A DNA stretch of 64,000 nt, taken from contig CM120640.1 in assembly GCA_051362555.1 (NCBI GenBank), positions 35,731,967 to 35,795,966 of the forward strand, read 5' to 3'. Made by a program: the position numbers and the translations under genes. Source of the DNA: Lingula anatina (lineage: Eukaryota > Animalia > Brachiopoda). Below the pieces are notes generated by a model. The model made no database searches, was not told the origin of the DNA, and worked only from the letters and a program-made list of their open reading frames with translations. Below are positions 48,395-62,022 of this stretch, piece by piece; within the stretch, counting starts at the first letter, position 1, and every line of letters starts with the position of its first letter.

Positions 48395-51311
48395 TATGAC
48401 ATCAGAGTGAAGAAGATCACAGATGTGATCAAAAGCTCTGTCATGTATAGCTTTATTTTTAGTGTAGAAATTGAAAAGTTTAACACTTGAATCATATCCT
48501 ATGACTACACAGATGAATTTCCATCAGAAAAACAAAAACATAACCTCTCTGGTACGATGCCTTTTAATCATAGATAATGGGTTTAAATAACTGCTTCATT
48601 TTTTACCTAATGCCTTAAAATGCAGTCATGCAGCAATAGTCATTTATTCTGTGCTGCTTCCCAGTAATCATTCCATAAGTATTTGTATAGATTTCTATAA
48701 TTGTTGTTAAGTTGTTATGACCAATGTAGAGAGCCTGTAAAATGTAACGTGTACACATTATAGTGCTCAATAAAGATTATTATTATATTATTATTATAAT
48801 TATCTTCTTTTATTATCAGACTAGAGAATATTCAGTAAGAACGGATTAATAATAAATAAATAGATAAATAAACGCATTTGTTAAAGTAGTGAACTGCTTT
48901 TCATTTGCATAAGAATAGCAAGGAGAGTAGAAACCCAAGATATTTGTTACATCGCGGACGCATTGCCTTAGCATGTATTGGTTAAAAAAAAATAAATAAA
49001 TAAAAGAATTCTTCATACAGTCGAATATAAATTATATTTGAGACGGGATTCTTGAGTTTTAGTTTCATTTTGTGTCCCATGTAATTAATCTTTATTGGGA
49101 AGCGCACCCGATTGAATGCGTTAGGTGTGTCTGTTTCTACTAACGCATCCACTGGACTATCTTCCCCATGCGTTCATGAAGGTGAACCACTTGAACTCTG
49201 AACGTATACCCCCCCCCCCCCTGCCCCCCCGGAGGCTACGGCCCTGCACACACACACAACTAGACAAGCTGTTCCCTGTTGTGGCGATCGTCTCCGAGAA
49301 ACTGAGACTTGGGATGTTGATGTACAGATGAGCGGATTAAAAGCGTAATTTTCATCAACAAGCAGGCAGCGTGTAAACATTTTGCATAAAAATGAGAAGT
49401 GTATACAAGACTAAAAAGACGGCTCTCGGTAGAATTTTAAATAATTGAGAGCATCTATCTATTTAGAAACCAACTGTGTTTGTTTTAGTATTTTTAGAGG
49501 CCTGCTTCCTTTTACCGAACTTAGATGTTATGGGGTCATTTTCTGTCGATATTGCATCTCGACAATAGAACAGAACTGCCCGTAACTCATTGTGAACAAC
49601 GAACTTTCGCAGTAAGATCGAATGTTAGTTTACCATTCCGTTAACCTTCTTAAACTTACGCAAAATTCAATCCAACGAGAAAATCATAACTGACCCACGC
49701 GAAGAGCACCTGCACGGGAAAATGGGTTCGATTTTCTGTCAAATACAGTTCTTCTAAATGTTCAAAATAGACCTACCGGTCCAAAAAACTAATCGATAAC
49801 AGGCGAATTTTGCCCTCCTGGGTTGAGCATATATGAACGCTTTACTTACTACTCCCAAAAGATCTAATCTATATTTAATAGGTAAATGTATGAGGAAGCT
49901 TAAATTTGAGAATTAATTGAAATCAATTCATTTCTCGGGTTTTCAATACTAGCTGTAAAGACAATCTTGTTCGCTACTTAAATTTGAATATAGGCATATA
50001 TGGAGCAATGCTGTTGAAAATTTAACCTGAAAATTCATTTTTTTTTTTTTGTTGTTGTTGTTGTTTTATAGAAGAATCATGAAACGAAAATGGATTTAAA
50101 GTAATTTTAAATGTTAAAATACTTATTTAGGCCAATTTTAACAAAAGGCGCAGATGAGCTGTAAAAAAAAAACAAAATATTATTGAAATTGGAAAGCCCA
50201 TTGTCGATGAAAATATTTCTTTATGTAAATGAAAAGTAAAAGACACTTGGGGATTTAGATGAACTGTGTATCTTCGGCTGATGTATTTCAGTTCTGCTAT
50301 CGTTAAATAAGTTTATTTCAGAGGAGAGAGATCGGGGTACTTTTCATATCAATCACGCAAGCAAATTATTTTTGAAAGCAGATAATGTCTCAAAATAGTT
50401 AACTTTTTGGTGTTAATACAGTCTCATGAACATGTTCAATTATGACCAAATAATAAATTATTATTATTACAACTTAATAACAACCTTAAATTTGCGCAGC
50501 AGCAAGAATCGATGTAATCTTAATGCATGCTTACAACTGATTGATAACTGAAAATGAAATCTAACGTGTAGCGAACAGATAAACGTTCTTTAAAAGTTTT
50601 TCATTTTTTTTTTTTTGTTTCCTTTCTTGTTTCCGCGTTTACCTTGCCCAAGTTCACTATCGCACTTAGAGAGGTTTTATATTGAACATATAATCCTATC
50701 AAAACAAAGAAACATACTTCTTAAGTTCAAATATGTGAGATCATTAAGTATCACACAGTGAAATATGTACAATCGATACAATATATGAATACTAATATGG
50801 GAATGATAATCGATTCCACACAGGTTCCCTAGGTTGAAAAAATAAAGTTTGATAGAAAAGTAACAATAATAAATACCCTTAATTTCTATCGTTTTATTTT
50901 TCGACATAAAGTAGTAAGATAAACAACGAGAGTTATTCCGTGCTAGGTTCTAGCGTTAAGTAAATTATGGTTATATCTACCTGTGGGGTTTGTTTAGTTA
51001 AGGCATGTGGCGCCACCGTTCATGCTTGCCGATAGTTTACAATTACCGTGGCTGCATAAAGGTGAAGCATTGTCAATTGGCTCTTTTCATAACTCAACGC
51101 ACCCGTCAAGACACACAATTTAATTTTTTAGCCATATAAAAAGTTCACATCTTTTAATCATTTACATCTATTTGATATCTAAAAAACAATATTAATGATA
51201 TTTCTTGAAGATGGCTTAAATCTTGGGACAAGAACTTTGCTACAAATTTAAAATGATATTTCTTGTTTTGCCCGACAGAGGGAGGAGGGTGATTAATCGT
51301 AACAGCCAACA

Positions 51312-51340
51312 ATTTCAACATGGCGGCCATTTGTTGAAAT
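51312..51340 (+). promoter_or_regulatory. YY1-type motif in the probable TTC28 promoter/5' UTR
   Basis: AACATGGCGGC at 51317-51327 inside 9-bp inverted arms, in a CpG-containing region about 120 nt upstream of the candidate first coding exon. Confidence 0.55.
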
Positions 51341-51441
51341 CTTTAATCGTTGTGTCATTACCTGAAAACAATGTCATTTTTACGAGATTGTGGGAAATTT
51401 CGTTGTCGAGGATGTAGATCGAAATGGATTAGTCAATAATA

Positions 51442-51474
51442 ATGGAATTACAAGCGAGGAGAAGGACGGAGAGG
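51442..51474 (+). CDS. TTC28: Probable first coding exon of TTC28 (MELQARRRTER)
   Basis: ATG in good context (ataATGg), 11 codons, donor agg|gtaaga in phase 0, matching the phase-0 acceptor at 61583. No homology support. Confidence 0.5.
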
Positions 51475-54400
51475 GTAAGACAAAACTTAAAACGCAACTG
51501 TTTTAAGGAGGGGTGTAGAAAGTTTTTAGGACACCGACACTTAGCAGGTGCATTTTTTTGGTTTCTTTTGTCGATTAAAATGCTCGTTCACCTTTAAGTG
51601 TGCAGTCCATTCGTAACTATTAAGTCCCTTATGCATGACTGCGTGTGCCTAAATATCTGAAACGGTGGCATTAATTCGTTGTCCAAGATAGAAAACTCAT
51701 AAAGCCTCTCTATTCAAAGTACAAAGTAGTCGGTGGTCGACATCATGAGCTTAGTCGGGCCTACTGCCCCTTGCTTTCATTATTTTTGGTATAAAAGCTA
51801 TGTACTTTTCCCTTAATATGAAATATGTTACACATTAAAATACTTGTAGGAAGAACCTTTGAAGGTATAGATCTTGTCCTGATTGTAAATTAATTGGGCC
51901 TTTGGTGAATGCCAGCTTTGATTACAGTTAGGTGTTAAAAATATTCCGCACACAGGTTCCATATAGAGAAAGTATAAAAAGGTCTAAAGTTCAACATTTT
52001 TAGAATCTGTTTTATGTTTAAGTAGGTCTGTAAATAATGCTCCATATGCTACAGTGAAGAATTTCAGCCGAAAAGTGAAACGTGTCCACTGAAACCAAGA
52101 CCTTGTAGGTTTTTATCACTTTAACACATCTCAAGCTTCACAGCTATGAGCAGCACAATTCTGACTCCTATCTCCATTATGATTATTACACTGATCTAAG
52201 ATTTATTATATTTGTACAAAACTGCAGAGGAGTAGATTACTAGTAACGTGTAATGCATCCTGTACCTGATGCTATCAAGTAAGGCTATGTACAATATAAT
52301 GATAATGTCCTCCCTGGTCAGTGAGGTGTGACCTCTGTCCGCTTCTTGTCCACCTTACCCAGGGGAATGTACAGAAGTAAGCACATCACAGCAGAAGAGA
52401 TCAGATACAAAATATATTTAATTTGAACCTCTGTCTAATAAGAGCACACACTTAAAGTAACCATTGATTATACATTCTCAAAATTTCACCTACTAGTACC
52501 TTAATGATGGGGTCCTTTGAAGGTTAATGATATGTTGCTGCCATCCTTTAAGTGTACCAGATATATATGTACTCTATTAGCCATCACGTCTTGTATCTTT
52601 AATAGGTTTCACTTAGGATTCTTCTATGATAAGTAATGTGTGATATAAAATGCAAGTTATCGGGTATGGGAATTTGTTTGTGGTTAAAGACTGTGGTGGA
52701 ATACTTGGTTGATTTAGATAGCCTTATGGATAAAATGATAGAAAGTAATTACTGTTAACTCGTCCTCCAACCTTGGGGTATTTGACAGTCATCATGATTT
52801 TTTGCCTGACATAAAGTATCTGTACATGTCATCTGTATCATACTTGATTCAGAAGAGAGAAAGAACTTGCTGTTGTATTGAAATTATTTTGTCTGGGATA
52901 CTTCGACAATATCTTTTATTGAAACATATTTCAAGTTCATGTTAACACACTTGGTGAGCTCAGAATGAATGAGTTACACAGAGATCTGATTGTGGTATGG
53001 TGTAAGGAAATGGAAGGCTAATAGTTCTTATTGTCCACAACCAGATAACATCAGGTGTCTGTTTCTGGCCTCATTGTGCCTATGACATCCTTTTAACAGC
53101 TGACTTTCTCTAATGTACAGATCACTTCCTTCATTGTATTGGCACTTTTTGAAATCACTAGAGTCTGTAATATTGACTTCATTGAAGTGGTATGCTCCTT
53201 TTGCTTCTTTGATTTACAATGTCAGTCTCACAAAAGCACAAGTGTCATTGCTTGGCTCTAGTAGCACTCCCAGGCTGAAGGATTTGTTGATTTAGGGTAC
53301 ACTACAGCTTAGATATTATCTAAATTGGTGATAACTTTGAGGAGGGAGATAGGTGATTTAAAAGTAAAAAAAGACTCCAAGGACACATTTGAGGTGTATA
53401 CTTTCAAGAAGTTACAAGTGGGTGCACTTTTGAATACTTTTCTCTGGAGATAATTGTGGTTGAATTAATTTTGAAAATGTTGAGTACTGAAAAGTTTGTG
53501 ATAGCTTTAATGTAATTGTTGATCTAAAGATTGTTTGTCAAAGTAATAGTAATGATAAGTTTTCCATCTTCTTGAAGGGTACATGTGAAGACAATAGTTT
53601 TGCATTTGGAAAGAATTATAAACTTCAGCATTATTTGCAATATATCATTCAGATGTAAATCTGTCTAGTCAAAGATTTACTATGGAAATTACATTTTACT
53701 TCAGTTTAAAACTGTTTTATTACATCTTTGTGGTAATTTCTCCTAAGCTATTTTGAAGTTCTATGAACTGCATGTTTGATATATAATAATCAACCCAAGT
53801 ATCTGTCATCCAGGTAAACAATTGTGCTGCTTGATAATATATAACTTTGTAAACATTGAGTAGTTATCGTCTTGTTTGTTTAGACTACTTACATACATCA
53901 TAGCCCACATGTCCTCCTCCTTTTATGTACCTACTCTCTGTGATAAACCTGTCTTGACATCATAAAACATCCACTATCACATTAAGAGCACTAATATTGA
54001 GTTAAGTTTACAATCTTTCTGTCGCCTTGATTATGGTTTTATGTATGAAAATACAGCAGATGCATACTCTCTCAAATGTTTGAGAAGGCTGGGCTTAGTT
54101 TTGTTGTAGTAAATTTTAGCCAAATGCTTCAGCTTATTGTTATTTTGCTTAGGGAAATATGTTGCTGTTTTTGTCGAATTTATCCCTGATGTAGTTCATG
54201 GTTTTGATTAATATGTAATCAGTTGACTGAAAGAAATCTTAGATCATGCTCAGGAATGCAACCTCTTTTACATTTGTGTGATTTGATTTTCCTCTTTGCA
54301 CCAGAGGGAAAGTGTAGCAATACCAGCCTGAGCTGCTATGTTACAAATAGTTATCCACCTAGGAGTAGCTGATGCATTCTTTGAACCTGGGAATATAGTA

Positions 54401-54824
54401 TTTCATAACAGTGAATATTTAAAGCAGTTGTGATCTTTCACCCTGAAAAGTTCCATTGTACTGCTTAACTTTCAAGTACAGTGAAGATAAACCTGTAGTA
54501 CTGGGTATACAGCTTTCTTAGCAGTAGTACAATATGTGATGCATCGCCATTGTGTGTATTAATTGTGAATGGTACAGGTTAACTAGTCTATGAAATGACA
54601 TGGCTAAAGCTCAAATGTTTTTTAATATAAAAAATGCTGCTTTCTTGATTTCTCATAAGCTCTGGAATAAAATTTCGCCTCTCTTCAGATGTAAACAGTA
54701 GTAGTACTGGTGCTTGTAGTAGCACAAATACATTTTGACATATTTTAAATATTTATCCTTTACACAAATCTCCAATGACAGATATAGACAGGTCCCCTCC
54801 TATAGCCCTACCCTGGTGGTATAT

Positions 54825-55068
54825 GGGACCATTCCCACTGACATTTGGATCGATCTATCTCCCTGGGGAGTCTCACTAAATTGCTATCAATTTAACCGGC
54901 TTAAATGTCTGTCACACCTAGTAAAGTTGTTAAGGGGTATTTATCTTTACCCCCTAGCTGATTCGGTATGAGTTACAGTCATTTAAGTCAGTTAGTTAAT
55001 AGCAATTTAGTGAGTCTCCCCAGGGAGTTAGACCGATCCAGATGGATTGATCTAGTTATGGGAACTCA
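54825..55068. mobile_element. Palindromic MITE of the same family as 21055-21276, copy 4 (TTC28 intron 1)
   Basis: GGATCGATCTATCTCCCTGGGGAGTCTCACTAAATTGCTAT pairs with ATAGCAATTTAGTGAGTCTCCCCAGGGAGTTAGACCGATCC; the core ATGTCTGTCACACC is shared with copy 2. Confidence 0.8.
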
Positions 55069-57065
55069 GTTTATAATGACTAGCTGCAATGGTTGTCATG
55101 TTGTAAATTATGGATGTGCGAGGTTTTTCAGTAATGCACTGAAAGGGACTGCGTAGGATATTTGTGGTCTGAAGTTTACTGTTTTCCTTTTATGATAGCT
55201 GTGACTTTTATGTCAGAAGTTGGTGACATCCTTATTGAATATCATTTATATGTCAAATTTAATTCCGTGTTCAAACATTGCATCTTTGTGAAAGGGAAAA
55301 TACCATTGATGTTTGCACCCATCACAGAGCTTCAGGAAAGTGAAGAAATAGGTAGTCATAGAAAGCTAGAAAGAAATGTTGAGCATTTTTTTTTTGTGTC
55401 TTGCAAAAAAGATGGTCAATTAGTACCAGAAAAACGATATGGATAACAGGTTAATTGTACCTTTAGCATCAAAATTACCCGTTAAAATTAAAAAATGGAA
55501 AAGTTTTTAATTAGTATGATTTACCTTAGTGTGTGTGCATCTATTTTCATATAGTATATAACAAGGCTGGGTATTGCATGACCAGAATTCGGGCTCAAAG
55601 CTTGCAGGATGCCAAAGAGGGGCTTACGTAGGATTTACTATCTGTAGCCAAGTGCATAATACAACGATGACTTATCTTTCTCCACTGTACTTACTCGAGT
55701 TCAAGATGTTACGAATGATGGGTTCATACCTGTGTGACCTGCATGAGAGGTGCATCGTTTCATCTTTTTGAATTCATTAAGAGGTGATGGTTTTCTGTGA
55801 TAATTGACCTTTGTCGAGCCTCGGGTATGACAGACTTGATTTTTAGTTGAGTGTCATGAATGAGACATGCTTGACACTAATGTCAATTTTTTTAATTTTA
55901 TTTTTTTAGTGAAAAAATCATTTGGGAGGCATATATTTAAAATTGGGGAAAGTGAAGGAATTTCTTTGTTTTGAAATTTTGAATTGAGATAGGGGAATAT
56001 GAGGCAGACGTGGACTGAGTTCACCAAGTACTTAATAAGGACACTTTTTCTGTCAGTTGACAAATGTTTGTAAAATCTAGATAAGGCATGTTGATTTAAC
56101 ACACTTAAAGCACTTCATACTACAGCACAAATCTCGAGACAAAACTGTCGGCATAATTAATTGCAGAAATGGAACAGAAGTGAGAAAACTCACAGAGTTG
56201 CATTCCGAGTTCTTATGTATCTATCCTTACAAATATTGTAAATAAAGATGGAAGGCCAAGTGGGCTCGATGGTCAAATAGCCTTGTTTATTGAGGAGAAA
56301 GATGCCGTTTGTCTAAGCCACCACCTTCCAATCCAACCGAAGAGACGGAATGGCCGCCCAAGAATGTTTGTTCTGTGCATACAATTCTAGCTTTAGAAGG
56401 GCAGAGCAGATCGAATTAGGACTTTTATTTCTTTTGCTAAACCTGCTGTATTGTCAACGGTTTGTTCAGGCAGGAAAGTAAATAGGACAGACACAAAGAG
56501 GCAAAGACCTATATACTGTTAGCTATGTGTGAGGTTACATCTGGCTTACCATGCATATGACATTTAAGAATTTTAGTGGGAAACGTTGGAAAAGCAGAAG
56601 GAAAAGATCTAAGTAAATCCTTTGTGTATGTCATCTTTATTTTCTGATTTCTTTATACGCACAGTGGTGTCTTGTTAGCAGTGGGGTGACGCTTGCCAAG
56701 GGACCCAAGCCTTCCAAGTCAAATATCAGTGATTTCTTTCCTTTGTGATGTCAGACATTCTTGTTAAGTCATTGGTGTGATCAAGATTGACATTCTTTTG
56801 GTGCGTAACTGGGCCAGTCAGGTGCCTTAATTGAGTTGACTCATCTTTCTTGTAAGAATGCACCAACATTAGGATATAACTCACCTTAAACTAGCTGCTG
56901 TGTGATGTGTGTTTTCTTGCTCTTGTATGACCCAGTTCTAAAATATAAAATGTCTGTTAAAACTGTGTTGTTTGAAAAATTAACCCAACAGCTTACTACA
57001 GTGGTTTAATATAGCAGATGAAAAATCTTGTTTAAGTTTTGAAATCAAAGTTATTTTTCTTCCAA

Positions 57066-57067
<2 letters not shown>

Positions 57068-57129
<62 letters not shown>
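57068..57129. repeat. (AT)31 microsatellite
   Basis: Read directly. Confidence 0.95.
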
Positions 57130-57131
<2 letters not shown>

Positions 57132-60100
57132 AGTTTTAGCATGAAAAGGGGATACTGCAGTTTACACAGATATTAATAAATAAAGCATTACTAGAACTAT
57201 TAACTTTTAACTCATCATAAATACTTAATTCTTAATGCACACAAATATGGTGCAAGAATGACATTCCTGTGGACAGCTGGACACAAGTATACCACTGTGG
57301 TCAATCTGTTGGCCAGCTGGTCATTGAAACCTAACACCAAGGTAGTGAGTGTATTGGGGCTTGGTGCTGTGTTTAGGGCTAGAGATGGCAATTGTCACGA
57401 GATTGATGAGAAGTAGGCATAAGGTGAGTGCATTAATAGACCTTATGTTCAACTGTCATTGGTGTTAGGGGATACCTTTATTAAATGACAAAACTAAGAT
57501 CAGCATCAGAGTAGACCAAATTATTATTGAAGTTATATTGACAATTCTGTTCAATATTGAGGTTGAAGTAAAAATTGAGATGACAAATTACGGATCTCTT
57601 ATATTGCATTCTGTACTACTTGAGCCAAAGATGTGAATCTTGATTTTTGTATATATATACAATATGTTTGGTAAAGTGACCCTCGTGAATAGACATAAAT
57701 CACAAGACTTAATAAAAAGGGGTCGCTGCTGCCTTATTTTTCATATCAAAGGGAAAGCTGACAAAGAAATTTGACACATTTTTGAGATTCTTATTTTAAC
57801 AAGTTTGGTTTGCCTATTCAGGTTAAACTATGCTTAAAGTTATAACTGTCAACAGGTGAAACATATTTCGAAAACAACCTGAGGGGTACTTAACTTTGTA
57901 GGTGTGTGAAGTTCCAGGTTTGAGCTGTCGTGCCTCCCCCCCCCCCCAAAAAAAAAAAAAATTATAAGAAAAGATGTCTTATGTCCCAATTCAAATGTGT
58001 TGACACCCTTCGAAACTTGATACGTGCAAAGTGAAAAATTAAAATTTAAGTCACAAAAGATGTCTCCTGCTTGCTATGCGTGTCTTCCAAACATCCTAAT
58101 CCCAACATGACCACATAAAAGAAAAGAAAAAAAAATGCAATAATGAAACACAGCTGTGTCATGCAAATTAAAAAAAAAAATAAAGCCTATACAATGCCCG
58201 TGCTGCAAACATGATATGGGTCATGAAATTACTCGCTGAAAAAAAAATTAAAATCCAATCACAAAAGTCTACCGCATTTCATTTTGCACATATCCCCCTG
58301 AACAACGTGTCTGTGTACCTATTTTCTGCTGGTTGGTATTAACTTACCACAGTAATCCACAAGGCAATAGAACCAGTACATCCCTGAACAATCCATATTG
58401 CCTTATTACCATAACATTGTATACACATTGTGATCAAGTTGATTGGAATGCATACAATCCACCCTACCAGTAGAGTAGAGGGTGTGATCAGACAGGCAAA
58501 AAGAAGTGTCCTGTGTATGACGCTATTGATGGATTAAATATTGCTTAGTTTGACAGTTGACATTCTAATGGTAGGTTACCTGCTGGAATGGACTGTGAAA
58601 AAATTGCACCTGTATTAGAAGTTGACTCCTGCTGAGCTGGTGACTGGGATGGTTGCTACAGTCAACTCATGACATTAAACAGAACTGTTATATTTTTTTC
58701 TCTGTGTGACTGCACCTTATTTTACAGTTTGTGTGCAGTGGTGGTGGGGTGAGTTAACACAAGGTTTAGGGCTTTGGTCAAGCTTTTTGGTCAACATGAA
58801 GGTGCTGGACCAGCTGTTAATTGTCAGGTGTTGTACATATTGTGGATCTTTTTTGAATGTTGACTGTGTTGGTCACAGTGGGGGCAAGGGACACCAGGGT
58901 AAAGTGGGAGAGGGAGGGAGGGTAAATAATGCAAAAAAAAATATGGTCCTTTTTTATTGCGGGGGATGAGATGGGAAGTGATAAGTTGCATTCCATTCCT
59001 AATTACATTTGAAAAGTACATTTAAGTGAATCACTCTAAATACCTTCATTTTATTTTATCTTTTTTATGGGAAAATGCTTGAGGTTATTCCTCAAAACAG
59101 ACCTCACACCTCATAAATGATTATTGCCGTTTGTGATCTCGAGCCGCAGGTTTTTGATTACAAACACAAAATTATGGACTTAAACTGGAGATCATGGCAT
59201 TTCAGTGCTCAGTACAAGTATTTTCATGTTCGGGCCATAAAGTCACAGTTATAGTTGTTAATTCAGCATTTACATTCACAAAGTTGCGTCTTGGGACCAC
59301 AACAATTTCAGTTAGAAGGCCTTATATAACTTAAATTACTTTCGATCCTTCCCATCTCAGTTTTTTTTGCCCATGAATTGTCATTGCCTTTTTTTGTACA
59401 CAACATGCCATGACTTGTCAGATATTTAATTTCCACACTGAAAGTTACACATGTCGCCGTGCACGAATTTCTCTTCCAGAACTTATCATGGAGCATTTTA
59501 ACCAACCCAGGCCCACGTTACACTGTAATGCATTTTGCAATCCGTTCATGCTCTTCTCCTTTATCTCTTTATCACAACTTTTTAGGGTGACTCTCGTTAA
59601 CGCCCAGTTATATAATAAAATTTATTAAACCTAGCAAATAATTTTCCTTTTCTTCATATATATTGAATTTATAAGTAGGTATTATTTCAACCAAATAAAT
59701 TGATGCAAAGTGGATTTCTGTTATAGCTGAGAACTGGATGTGAATTACTACACTTGAATACATTCTCTGCATGCTCTAATACTTTCTTGTTCTCTGAGCA
59801 TTGGGCCAAGGTGTTCTCAATAAGTGACAAGTCAGGTCACATGTCTTGATTAACACACCTGTTTTGGAAATTTCATTTGACTCGAGGCACAAATAAGGTA
59901 TTTGATGGAGTTCAATGGACAAGGTCTAAATAAGTTACGTTCCTTATATCCCGAGGGATAGAAACCTTTAACCCATTGGAAGTATTGAAACTTTGAACTG
60001 GTGCAAAAGATTGAAATCAGGCTTGCCATGGTCTACTGATGCCCGAGGGATGTGGCTTTATTTCCCTGAACACAATCGGACCCTTTGTCGTGGTTGTCTG

Positions 60101-61582
60101 GAAATTAATTTCAATTGATTTAGTTGAAATGCATGATTGAATGGAATTTTCTTAATGCGTGGTAACAGTACTAGGCAGTTCTCTCCTCTCCTTCCTTTCA
60201 ATGCACTCATGACCTTAATTCACTCAGAGGCAATGGACTGAGGCATTGATAAATGACAGGCTAGTAATTTTAAGAGGAAGGAGACATGGAGGAGGTGTTT
60301 AAAATTCCAAAAAGAAGTTCTTATTCAGCAGAACTGTTTTAATGTAATGTATGTAATGAGTTTAGATTTTCAAGAGGTGGACAGTTGCAGACTCAGAGGA
60401 ACACTCCCATGATATGTTTTTGCACTGTTTCTCAGTCAAATATTGGAGACATTTTTATTTTGCTCTGTTTATATTTTGATTAACAGTTAAAACTAGTGCT
60501 AAATGGGAAGTACTTCAGAATCGATGATCATTATACAGTAAAACTGGACAAAAATGTAGTTGAGTCACCTCTAATATATAAATGTCCGGATAAAAAGTGG
60601 CACACAGTTTTAGCCTGAGAATGTTGACAAATGGAGAAAAAAGCTTCATTGGCCTTTTCATTCAGAAGAAGTATAAATAACCCAAGTCTGGTCGGAAATT
60701 TCGGATGATTTACCATGCAGAAAGTCACGAAGTCTTAATTAAAGCAAAACCATGCGAGGCACAAAGAAACCCCACAGTATTCATCAGCATAGTGAAACGG
60801 TAAAGACACAGGACCACTTTTTTATGCATAATCATTAATTATAAGGACTTTGACTATGATGAATAGTGACAACCTATCACTTTGAACTCTGGTAGTAGTT
60901 AACAAGTGGCTGCCTTTCCCAGGCAGTGTGGATTCGTATGTAGAAGAGCACACACATGTTGGTAATGGGTCAAGTAGTGATAGGAGGGAAATGTTCGAGG
61001 GGTTCGAGTAAGTTTTGTACCAAAGCCGAGTATGGAAAAGGGACAAAGGTGGGTTATATTTGTGATCGGGAGATCATAGCAACAGGGCATTGCAGTTAAT
61101 GAATGTGAAGGGTGATTTGTTTGAGCAGGTTTTGTTTTAGGCTGTGTTGGGTCTGTGTTTATGGTGACTGTTTTAGATATGATGTAACCAAGTACTAGTA
61201 ATGAAAAGGGTTTTGTTGTAGCCATTTTTTTTGTTTTTACAGATTTGGGGTGACAACAGCATTAGTTTGGCTTATTTAAATCAATGGTGTTAGGAGTTAG
61301 GATATGTTCAGTAAGAGAGAATTAAAATTAATGTATAATGAATGTGTCTGTGCTTGATAAAATTATTATTTGAAAAGATGGAGACCAAAATGTGCTGAAA
61401 GAGAGGAGATTTGGTTATCATGAAAGATGGGGAATTTTGTCATTAGATACACTCTCTGTTTTGCATATGAGTGGTACAGAAAGAGAGAGGAAGAGAGAGA
61501 GAGTTATGAGAGGAATAAAAATTGATATGTAATATGAAAATCAATGAAAGTTTAAAATAATTATAATGGTTGATATTTACAG

Positions 61583-61834
61583 GTGGACTCTCAGGAGGTG
61601 GAAGCCAATAGGAACAAAATTCTCTTCCTGGAGAAGGTACGCCAGAGCAACGAGGCCATCACAAATGGCGATTTCCAGGGCGCGATTCGCCTTTACACTG
61701 AGGCCATCAATCTGGACCCTATCAACCACATACTGTACAGTAATCGTTCAGCCGCTTTCGTCAAAATGGGGCATTTCCAGAAAGGTCTAGAAGATGCTGT
61801 CAAGGCCAGGGATTTGAACCCAAAATGGGCAAAG
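61583..61834 (+). CDS. TTC28: Tetratricopeptide repeat protein 28, N-terminal TPR exon (the gene continues right of the window)
   Basis: tttacag| ... aag|gtaagt, 84 codons. FLEKVRQSNEAITNGDFQGAIRLYTEAINLDPINHILYSNRSAAFVKMGHFQKGLEDAVKARDLNPKWAK matches the TTC28 N-terminus as I recall it (FVEKVRQSN...ILYSNRSAA...ARLLNPKWPK). Clearly more GC-rich than its flanks. Confidence 0.9.
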
Positions 61835-61856
61835 GTAAGTTGGAAAGTCTCTAAGT

Positions 61857-62022
61857 CAGGGGCAGATCCAGAGATATTTTCTGACAGGCTTCCAAATTAT
61901 CTTTATTGATCCATGCTCCACTTTTGACCGTCTTCTGACAGAAAAATAGATATCTGTCAGTGTAAACTTGAAAATCTGACTGTCTTCCGGAAGACCCAGA
62001 TGACGACCTAAATCCGCCCCTG
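61857..62022. mobile_element. MITE with CAGGGGC...GCCCCTG termini, same terminal family as 43245-43563
   Basis: CAGGGGCAGATCCAG ... CTAAATCCGCCCCTG; flanks TAAGT and CAAGT (5-bp duplication, 1 mismatch); starts 22 nt after the TTC28 splice donor. Confidence 0.75.

Noticed and set aside
52000-61500. Short ORFs in TTC28 intron 1
   Set aside because: No homology, codon bias or consistent splice framing; two of them overlap a MITE.
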